This document shows positions 7,801 to 17,035 of a DNA stretch of 17,802 nt, one piece after another. Numbering within the stretch: the first letter of the stretch is position 1; each line of letters opens with the position of its first letter. A program made the translations under genes and the position numbers. Below the pieces are notes generated by a model, which had not been told where the DNA came from, did no database searches, and saw only the letters and a list, made by a program, of their open reading frames with translations. The stretch is from positions 29,266 through 47,067 of the forward strand of contig NW_003314336.1 in assembly GCF_000143415.4 (NCBI RefSeq). The letters are read 5' to 3'. Source of the DNA: Selaginella moellendorffii. Lineage: Eukaryota; Plantae; Lycopodiophyta.

Positions 7801-10800
7801 ACACGTACAAACATCTGAAGAGAGGTATAATTCCTTTTTTATCAAATGTTTTCAGTGATTGTGAATGCCATAGATCGGCATTGGTGAGTCAAGCATATGC
7901 AACAGAGACGCGGAATAAGATTAGTTTATTAAGAAGAGAATTCCAGGAAATATTTGACAAGAACGACAAGGTAAGAATTATATAAACGTTGTGCTGATAC
8001 CTAGAGTGATTCTAGGTACCGGAGCTTGAGAGATTGAACAGAACTGAACTTGTTGTGGATCTTGACCTTGAGAGAACTCTGAGACAGCTGGGTGAGAAAA
8101 GAGTAGTAGCTGCACGAGAAGAGGTAAAACTTAACTAAGGTTGAGCTTGTTATGCTTACCATGTTTTCAGGTCAAAGTTGAAAACTTACGAAAGGATTTG
8201 CTTGCCGAACGTATAAAAGCGGAATGCTGGACGCCAATGGTGGAGCCTGGTTGGCCTATATAATCTTAATTTTATTTTATGAATTTTTTATGTTTCAGAA
8301 ATTCATATCTGGCCTTTCATTCAAGGCTACGCAGTCCCGAACTTCCCTATGCACGCTCGGCACAGAGCTCCCAATAAAATGGGCAGGGTAGCGAAGCTGT
8401 TACGTATAGTTGAAATGCAAGAGATCGTTTACATTCAGAAAACGAAGTTCATCATGGTTACGCAAGAAGCAGAGCATGGGGAAGGTCACCCATTAGGGAC
8501 AGAGAGCATCCAAGAAGGAAATTCAAATGAAATAGCGTCCATTGCAAATGCCAGTGAAAACCCTCAAGGAGATAGTGGTACGGAAGGTGTGGACGCACAA
8601 ACTGAGACTTTAGGAGAGGAAGCTGAAGAAGGGAAAGGTACCTCTAGTGGTGGAAAAGAAAGTAGTGATCCAGAAACGACAAGACCTTCTACGTTGCCAC
8701 TGCCACTGCCGCTAATACCATTGGAAGAAAATGAGGAGGACGAGGTTATTACACCTGAGATGCTGGAAATGGGTCCAACGGAAGCTCTTCTATATCACTC
8801 ATTCGATCTAAGCTCCCCCAAACGAAAACGGATACAGGTTTTCTTTTAAAATTAAAAAGAAATTGTAATATTAATTCAGCAAATTAATCCCATCATAATG
8901 CAGCGTCTTTTACTTCAAACACATCTTTTGGAGATTCGAGAGGGATTTAACGACAAGATGGAAGAGTCTGGTAGAAGCAAAACCCATACTATTGAAAAAA
9001 TTAGGGAAATGCATACGAGAATTCGAGAGCTCCAGAAGTCTCTTGGGCAGAAAGACGACTTCATTCTCCCCGAACTCAACAGAACAGACGTTTGTACTGG
9101 TTCTGGTCTGAACGATTATAACGCTTTTGTATTTTTTTTTTTTTTTTTTTCAGAACTTAAGGGCTATATTTGAAGTCAAAGACAACGAAATTTCAGTTTC
9201 AAAGCCAGTCAGTGAGCAGGACAGGCTTGAATCCGTAAAAAGGGCTGAGGAAGAGGCGTTTAGGTAATACTCTTGGGTTTTCTCTCATTAATCTCACGCT
9301 TGGTGTAGGCTAAAAATGGGTGGCGATGCACCCGAGCGAGCTTTGATGGACATGATGGGTGGAAAGCTTGAAATGAGAGAGGAAGAAGACGTCACAGTGG
9401 AGGTTCAAATAGAGAAGCTGCCATGGATGTCGGGAAATCCAAAAACATTCACCAAAGAACAGATTAAGGAGCTGAAAGAGTTTGAGCAAAAGCTAAAGGT
9501 ATGCACTTTACCGTTTTCAAGCTATGAATTATATCTATGGCTACAGTTAATGAAAGAAGAGAGGGAAAAGAAAATTCGTGCTCAAGAAGCAGAAATACGC
9601 AAACTTAAAACTGATATCCAAGAGAGTATGGTTATGTTCGATGCTTCAGTGCTTGAGCTCTATGGATCGCGCCTTCAGGTAGCTTTCGTATGGCTGTCAC
9701 AGAACTTACAGGTTTTGGTTTTAGGAGGAGTGCAAGTGTTTTGAAGTTGAGCAGACGATTGCTCGTTTAAGTACAGAGATCGAAGACGAGGAGCTTCGAG
9801 ATGAGAAAACTGAAGCAGAGCTTGCAAAAGCTCTTGACTCCTTAAAAGCATCCAAGGGACGTTCTGTTAGTGCAGTGACTGAATTCAAGAGAGAGGTAGC
9901 GTGTACAGAAAATTTGTTGGGGAGTTTATGGAAGAGACTTTCAGGTAGATGAATTTCGTGATAGATTCGAGTACCTCATTCAAGAGGACAAAGCACTCGA
10001 TCGGAATTTTAAAAAGGACTTTCAAGATTGTGGCGATGTCGTAGGATTGTTATACAAACATTTTAAAAAGCGGCGAGCTTCTCCAAAGTAAGATATCGTG
10101 ATATAGATTACAGTGTGTATGTTTCTTTCATTTCTCGTGTTTAGGGGATCTCCAAAGCCAGCAGCGCATCAAAAGGAGCAGCCACGTAGAGGATCCTTGC
10201 AGCAAAGACGACGAAGCTCGGTAAGTTTATGTTCTTCCTTGTTTTTTTCCTTCCAACAATCCTTCTATCAGGCTTTGCAACGACGATCTTTGCTTTTACT
10301 AAAGCCTCCGTCAATTGACCCTTTTGACGATCGACCAGAGGTATAGCTTTGAGAGTTGAGTACAGGAAATGAAAGGTTTTAGATGCGTTTTTAGGATGTT
10401 GAACCGGAGCATTGGGAGAGGCTTTTAGCTGCACGTAACAGGAAGATCCAGAAAGAAGATGAAGTAAAAAAGAACGGAGAGACACTTCAGAGAATGGGGA
10501 CTTACTTGAATAAACTTTCTTCACTAGATGATGCTATCCGCAAAAGAATCGAAAAGGCTCTTAGAAATTTTGCAGGTGTTACGTTTTGCATGTACTCACA
10601 AGCAGGTTTTCATTTGTATGCTCTTTTAATTTGCAGAGTTTCGTGACAACAGAGAAAAAAAGAAAAGGAACATGGCCTTTGTTTTGCACTTGAAGCAAGG
10701 TCTGTTGGAGGTGGTGTTAAAACCACTCGAAGAGGCTTATGACGACGCTGTTTTACTACCAAGAAATATTGTGCAGGAGTTCAACTCTGTCATACTGCGA

Positions 10801-11628
10801 GAAGCAAACTCGAAGGTTTCATCAACAGTTTTGTTAGAAACACTCGACCCCATGTCTTGCAGATTGAAATGCTAGTAGCTATCAAAGACTTTAAACGAGG
10901 AATCTTTGATGTTCAATGGGAAATACAGAGGCACCAAGTTTTGCAAGGCACACTCTCAGAGAAGATCAAGTACATACAGCTATTGCGCAACACTAAAGGT
11001 AATAATAACAAGGTGTGATAAGTAATCTTTACATAACGTTTTCTGTTTGTTTCACAGCTCTTCAAAAGGTTATCAAGAATAAAGATGATGTTGCAAGCGC
11101 ATCTGAAAGCGTGGCACTAGAAAACAGGTATATGATTAAAGATAGATGGGCTTAATTAGATCCTTTAATTTGCAGACTGGAGCATAACAAAAAATTGCAC
11201 GAGAAGAAAGTAGATGAGAAAAATGTCCATCTCCAACAGCTTAACGACAGGACGAACGACATAAGAGGCCAGAATAAAGATTTACAACTGCAAGCGGCAA
11301 AGTTACACCAGGAATTTAGTTTTCAGCACCAGCTCTGCAGTAAATCATGTAAGGCTATACAATGTAGTTCAAGACAAGTGTTTTTCTATCTTTCTTTTAT
11401 TTCCAGTGGGTGGTGAAACGAAGGATGCTGCTCTGAAAGAAAAGATCTCCAGCATCAACACAAAGTCTAAACTTCGAGATATAAGTAAGCACATATCATA
11501 TCTTTGGCAGAACTATATTATTTTTTTAACCGTTATTAGGCAAGCAGCAAGTCGCAAGAATAGTAGAGCTCAAAGAAGGACTACACGCGTTCAAGATGAG
11601 AGCCCACCCACAGTTTGCAGGAACTTAA
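4886..11628 (+). CDS. CFAP43: Cilia- and flagella-associated protein 43 (WDR96): N-terminal WD40 repeats, C-terminal coiled coils; spliced gene
   Basis: Phase-consistent exons: 4886-4905, 4952-5144, 5195-5258, 5307-5395, 5446-5604, 5664-~5888, [gap], ~6415-6564, 6610-6723, 6779-6944, 6992-7112, 7168-7385, 7433-7663, 7713-7824, 7874-7970, 8016-8123, 8171-8249, 8299-8837, 8904-9089, 9154-9263, 9309-9498, 9547-9678, 9725-9895, 9945-10087, 10145-10220, 10272-10340, 10395-10575, 10637-10815, 10863-10998, 11058-11127, 11176-11348, 11407-11484, 11540-11628 (TAA). CFAP43-type motifs: MEKLELKYAIGY..CGN; EPDFRLVLWD; PELERLNRTEL; IKAECW..M; VPNFPM; ERALMDMMGGKLE; EAEIRKLKTDIQESMVMFD; EDKALDRNFKKDF..LYKHFKKR; LKQGLLEV..YDDAVLL; QWE; C-terminal LRDISKQQ..MRAHPQF. 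The start exon is inferred. Confidence 0.92.
5945..6414. other. Assembly gap inside CFAP43 (hides WD40 exons)
   Basis: Run of N. The ~100 nt after the gap look error-prone. Confidence 0.99.
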
Positions 11629-11959
11629 AATGGCAGAGCAACTATGAATGCTGGTAGCAGTATTATCAGATTGACAATGCATCTAAATTAGGCATTTCTC
11701 AAGCACAAAATAGTTCCATGAAGGCAGCAGGGCGATGAGCTTCTCTCAACATTGCCACTGCCAAACGTTTTGCATTTAAGCCGGGACTTTTATAAATTGG
11801 GTGGAGTATTGCATAGCTCTAGGCGGGTATGGCATGTGCGCCTGCATCATAAAATATCTCCTAGGACCGTTGTCGCCACGTACTCTTACCTCCTCAAAAT
11901 TCGACGGGAATTTCAGGCATGGGTGGCCCCAGCCCCAAGTGTGGTGATAGAGTACGAGG

Positions 11960-12060
11960 CAGAACGTACTCGGAACGTTCAGAACGTGCAGAGTGCAGCG
12001 GTACGTTCTGTACGTTCAGAACGTACTTTGAACATACAATGCTCAGAGTCGCATGAACGT
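11960..12060. repeat. Cluster of short inverted/direct repeats built on (C)AGAACGT(AC)
   Basis: CAGAACGTAC (11960-11969) and its reverse complement GTACGTTCTG (12001-12010). Palindrome GTACGTTC-A-GAACGTAC at 12010-12026. ACGTTCAGAACGT occurs at 11975-11987 and 12012-12024. Seven ACGT cores in ~100 bp. Confidence 0.8.
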
Positions 12061-12710
12061 GATGGTTCCCGGTTAAGGTCTCACGGGGTATTTGCAGTGA
12101 CCTCATCCGCACAGCTTGGTGGCTGTTCCAAACGCAGGCAGATTTATTGCGGGCCTTCTAGGCGAGGCCCTGGCAAATCCGGGAACTTGCTGGACTTGAG
12201 ACACGTGGACCAATCGCGACGAGTTCATCCTTTCCACCTTCTAGGAGGCACAGCCACGAAGCCCTGCAAGCCTTCAATTGTAGTCCCTGAGTGATGCACG
12301 TAAAATGGCTGCAAACAGACGAGATAAGATAACTTTTTCCCAGTGAAAAGTTAAAAATATGGAAGATGTTCTGAGTTTCAGAGGAATGATCATGGACTGT
12401 CAAAAGTGAAATAACATGTGTGTAAAAAGAAAAGACTATCGTGTTGAGAACTGAAATTTCGAACTCTACTACTACTTGACTGATATTGAGAGAGATAGAA
12501 GAGGGATACATGGTTTAGGAATGAAAACCAGCTTCTTGCTAGCATTCGTTATTATGTAGATGGTGGGTGGAGAGCCCTGTTTGATTCGTGCTAGCTGAGG
12601 TAGGAAGCTGCAGCGGGAAGAACATGGACAGAAAAAGGTGATGGTAACCCACAAACACAAACTGGATGACAACCTAGATGCCCTAGGCACGATTTTCCTT
12701 TGTAAAATAT

Positions 12711-13236
12711 TGTTAGACCCCTGGGACGGAGGTAGGTTACATTTTCCGTACCCTCACCTTGTCTGGCTTGTCCGGAAATTCCTCTCTCTCGCTCCATTCT
12801 CTTCCCTCTGTCACTGAAAGTATCTGAGTATCTTTCCTTCTCAGCTAGTTGATGTACTCCCCATTGTCTTCTCGGATATAATAGAAGAGATTGTTCGCAA
12901 CAGTGGTATTGGAGCCAAATGTTACTGCGAATGTCATGGGTTATGAGGAGGCTGATTTTTCATGTGTGTGAATAGTAGGAAGAATCCTCTTCACACATGA
13001 GAAGCCTGTGGGTATCGCTTTCCAATTTCCTTCTGCCATTCTTGTGTCAAGAGGGAGAGGAGTTAGAAGGGAGAAGCCAGGGATCAAACTCCTATTCTAC
13101 TCGATCGTGTGGGCGGCGATGGCAGGCGTGCTGCCGCTGGACCCAAAGGGGATGGGAGTCAAGGCAGTTTGAGCGAAACAACCCCTCCATGTCAGCGCTT
13201 AGGTGCTCGTTTTCTACCAGGGCATAACTGTCTGGA
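12711..13236 (+). mobile_element. Ty3/gypsy fragment A: probable 5' LTR (~12711-12902), PBS (12904-12916), internally deleted gag C-terminus
   Basis: TGTT...AACA ends. TGGTATTGGAGCC resembles the Met-PBS TGGTATCAGAGCC. 13082-13231 reads DQTPILLDRV...PCQRLGARFLPGHNC, resembling the gag PMELD motif and the CxxCGxxF.PGH.C knuckle. The left edge of the LTR is uncertain. Confidence 0.7.
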
Positions 13237-13475
13237 TGTCACGAACCTACAAACTAACTATAGCACCAAACTACAGACTATGGGATAGACTTTTTAACTC
13301 ATCTCCCACATGAACCATGCTCCAAAATCGTTCTCCCTCTAAGCTATACTCCCCAAAAGGTAGCTTATGGATCCCTATATTTGTCCTTAGCCATCCTAAT
13401 CACATAGCCATATTTAACACTCTAGTCATTATGATGCCACATAAGCTTATACAAAGTATAGGCAATAATTCTTCA
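13237..13475 (-). repeat. 3' LTR of minus-strand Ty3/gypsy element B
   Basis: On the minus strand, the polypurine tract AAGAGGGGAAGGAA (13491-13478) is followed after 2 nt by TGAAGAA.. at 13475 and ends ..CGTGACA at 13237 (TG..CA). Confidence 0.8.
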
Positions 13476-14610
13476 TATTCCTTCCCCTCTTAAGTAATCT
13501 TGTCCTCGGGCATCAATGCTTTTGGGGAAGATGAACCGTGTTCTGGACGACTGACTCCTCAGGTCATCCATCCATCCATCCATCCATCCTTTCAACTGAC
13601 TCACATGGAATACTGGATGTAGCCGCACTCCTGCAGGCAATTTCAACTTCTATTCCACCTTATTGATCTTCTCAATAATCTCAAAAGAACCAGCATATTG
13701 AGGAACTAACTTCCCTTGCTGCAATAAAGCTATGGATCCACAGGTAAGAGTGAAGGAGAGACAACTCTTAAATAAACACCCAACATCAAATTGTTGGCCC
13801 CAATTGGTGTACTTCTAAGCTCGATCTTGAGGCTATTAGCAGGGTCTTCCAACACTTTGCCTACCTTTCTTGTGCATCCTGACCAAACTTCTTGAAATTC
13901 ATTCCCGTTCTAGGGTCCAAAGAAAACATCGTCTCATTGGTAGAAGCTTATCCCCCTGACCTAGCTTCTCTCCAATATACACCTGATACACTCTTTGCCA
14001 TCACTATAAGGGTGATCTCTGCTACTAAAGCTTAGTTTAGTGCCCATTCCCCAAAAGAAGTTCACCCAAAAGAACCAGTGAACTTTAAGTCAAGATCACT
14101 CATAATATGACTTGGCATACCAAAAGTGGGAAATTGTTCCAAGTAAGCAAGAGAAAGATCTTTTGAAGTAACATCCTTCTTCAAAGGAATAAACTTTGCA
14201 TACTTTGTGAGAAAGTTCACAATCACCCAAACACCCATGTCTTCTTATTTTAGCACTGCTTATGAGGCAAATGCCTAATGAAATCCATCTAGATGCTCTG
14301 CTACCTTTTGGAAGGGATTCACATATCTTTATATACTGCAAAGTGTCTTGCTTCGTGTTCCTGTAGAACCTCCTCTTGACCAAGTCATAAGTTCTAGTCT
14401 CCCTAAAATGTTCTGCAACAAGACTACCATGCAACTCCACATTACTGTTGTGATCAACTCTTTCTACCAAAGGGCAAAGTTTTCTTTTGTAAAATAACAA
14501 TCCAGATTCCACATTAAATGGCTCTTTCAATGTCCATTTCCTATATGCAGAGGCTTTAGTGGCTATTCCAATGGTTTTTCTTTTGCATGATGTGGTCTTC
14601 AATGATGGAT
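13237..14610 (-). mobile_element. Decayed Ty3/gypsy element B, 3' part: integrase remnant, PPT, 3' LTR
   Basis: Minus strand: HHCC-type LHGSLVAEHFRETRTYDLVKRRFY..QYIKICES (ORF 14096-14602); WIS and VIVNFLTKYAKFIPL core remnants; GPY/F module KLVPQYAGSFEIIEKINKVE*KLKLPAGVRLHPVFHVSQLK (~13713-13590). A (CATC)6 run lies at 13565-13588. Stops and frameshifts are present. Confidence 0.9.
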
Positions 14611-14619
14611 TGCCTTGAG

Positions 14620-17035
14620 GAGTCTCATGTTATGGACAAGAAACAACATACCATGAATGAGTCTAAGGCTCCCTTTCTACGTTTTGCCCCTCACTATGAT
14701 GTGGAAAATTGCATGGAACTTTGATACTCCAGCAGAGTAAAATAATGCTTAGGGACTATATTGAGAAGATTACTCAATTGATTAGATGTGTTCCAACATC
14801 AAAACAAATGTTGATGGCTTTTAAAGTGAGAGTATAAAGTAGCACTTGTGTCATTCCCAGCTTACAAAGAGTTTGGAGAAACTCTTTGATGCAGCTTGTC
14901 AATTTGAAAAGTACATGTCTTATAAGAATTTGAGAAGTCCTTCAATCACAAATTGTTGTGATGATCTTCTTGGACACACGGACAAGAATAAACATCATAA
15001 GCTGAAGTCTGTGGTGGTTATTTCGGATATGAAGGGGCTGAAAAAGCAGAAGTTCTTTGTGAAGAAATATTGGCAAGGTTGTCAACATTATGGCAAGCTT
15101 GGATATTATTGAAGAACAAGCAAGTAGAATGGTTAATTTTCTAATAACAATAAGTCAGATATTAAGAAGTTGCAGAATATATAGCGTGAAGATGATGATG
15201 AGGACCATTCTAGTAGAAGGAAGTGGCTCTTGATTGCTGCTCATTAACTCAACTATATGTGGAACAAAGTGAAAGTCAAGGATATTTCGTGCATCAGCTT
15301 TATTGGAAGATGTGTTTTGTGGCAGCCTAGCATGGATTTTACTAAAAAATGGGAGAAATAACAATTTTTTTTTGGCAAAGTTTGTTAAAAAGCAATGCCT
15401 GGTGACACAAGGAGTTCTTCAATACATGGTGGGAAGGTGTAGCTATCCTTGCACAATATTTTGGTGCTTGTGTAGAGGGGCTAGAACTATTTGTTATCAA
15501 GACCACACTTGTGGTGACTTTTTATCTCACAAAAATCCATTGTGTGGATTTTATTCTTGAGATGCTATAGTTGGCAAAAGTAGATCTAGAGATAAAGTGG
15601 AGCATTAAGAACATCTTGCTTGAGTCAATGGCGTCAAGGATGTGTGGGTTGTAGAGGGAGTTCAGCCTCCAATTGTTATACTATCTACTACATCTTTGAA
15701 GCAAATTTATTATAATGAAAAGGCACTTTCATGATACTTGTTATTTATGATTTAGGAGGTATGTAGGGAGAAGAGGCAGTAGTGTGGGATGTATTCAAAG
15801 ATTTTACCATTCATTCCATCTAAACTTCCTCATGGGTTGCCTTTCTTATGAGATGTGAAGAATGAGATTATGCTAGAGCTAGAGATAAGGCCAATCTACC
15901 AACATCCATTTTGGCTGAGCTATATAGAGGAGCAAGAAGTTCAACAACAAGTTAAGGATTTACTTGAGTTTCTATTTATTCAACCAAGTAAGTTCTGTTT
16001 GGTGCACTGATGTTGCTCGTGAACAAGGTATTGACTATCATGCCTTGAAAAAAAATATTGTGAATGATAAGATATCAATGCCACATTTGGATGATATCTT
16101 AGGCAAACTTGATGAAGCTCCAGTGTTTACCAAGATTGATCTGCAAAGTAGATATCATCAGATTACAATGGATGGCATAAGATGGTGTTCAACATGAGCT
16201 TTGGGCATTTTGAAATTATAGTGATATCATTGGATTGACAAATGCAGTAGCCATATTTACACAGTCAATGATAGATGCATTTGGGCATTATAAACAAGTT
16301 GTGGGTTTTTTTGGATAATATTCTTGTTTTAGCATGAATATGAAGGAATATAAAGTGCATTTGTGTAAAACTCTCTTGTTATTATGTAACAACAAACTTT
16401 AAAAAATGTAAGAGTAAATATGAATTTACAAAGTCAAAGGTGGAATATCTAAGCTATATTGTGACATGTATGAGTGTTAAAATGGATTTAAGGAAGGTGG
16501 CTATGGTGAAGAATTGGCCTGTATTAACTTCTATGCCTGAGTTACATAATTTCCTTAGTATAGCTAGTTATTACCAACATTGCTAGTGCAAGTTTGTGGA
16601 GGTAGCTATTCTTTTGACATGGTTGTTGCATAAGAATGTGTCTTTGAGTGGAAGCCACAGGAGGAGAATTTTGTGGCATAAAATGATTAATTACATTGCT
16701 AATCTCTTAAAACCTTATAGGGTGATTTGTGATGCAAGTGGTGATGCATCACAAAGGAGTGAAAGGAGTTCATGTGCAAGAAGGACAACCTATGGGGGGC
16801 AAGGGGCAAAATTTTTAGGCTCCAGCTTTGAGCATATTGTCAATATCAGTCAAAGGTAAGCTCAAGGGTATATTAACATATGGACATAGAAAACTTAACC
16901 TACCTTTATAGTGGTGGTGGTGGCACACAATACACTGAAGTTTTTATATGGTGGTTGAGTAGTAAGGAGGAGGTGTAGCATAGTCTAGATGAAACTAGGC
17001 CTTTTATCTTTGATTTTTGGTGCTGGATCTTAACA
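14620..17035 (+). mobile_element. Decayed Ty3/gypsy element C: gag, protease, RT, start of RNase H, PPT, 3' LTR (5' LTR, most RNase H and integrase missing)
   Basis: gag remnants include SLEKLFDAACQFEK and the knuckle-like CQHYGKLGY (~15079-15105). Protease remnants: WILLKNGRNNNFF (degenerate LLDSGA.HNF) and DFILEML*LAKVDLEIKW. RT remnants: LPHGLP..HPFWLSYIEEQEVQQQVKDLLE, IDYHALKK, MPHLDDILGKLDEAPVFTKIDLQSRYHQI, FGHFE..GLTNA, LDN(I)LV, KVEYL, FLSIASYY. RNase H start YRVICDASG. PPT GGGGGGCAAGGGG at 16794-16806. Confidence 0.9.
16813..17035 (+). repeat. 3' LTR of element C (same family as the LTR at 2736-2951)
   Basis: Follows the PPT. TTTTAGGCTCCAGCTTTGA resembles TGTTAGGTGCCAACTTTGA. An identical 19-mer lies at 16858-16876. 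Ends CTTAACA. Confidence 0.82.

Noticed and set aside
10141-10524. 127-aa minus-strand ORF (also 6939-7310 and 6525-6740)
   Set aside because: Antisense shadows of CFAP43 exons with no recognisable motifs.
11960-12060. CRISPR-like or tRNA-like reading of the palindromic repeats
   Set aside because: There is no regular repeat-spacer period and no cloverleaf or A/B boxes, and the context is eukaryotic.
12158-12797. Three short minus-strand ORFs
   Set aside because: No domain-like features, partly overlapping an LTR, and consistent with chance.
2736-17035. A single 14.3-kb LTR element that captured CFAP43
   Set aside because: The LTRs are strongly diverged, there is no TSD, and each side has its own copy of the same pol segment.
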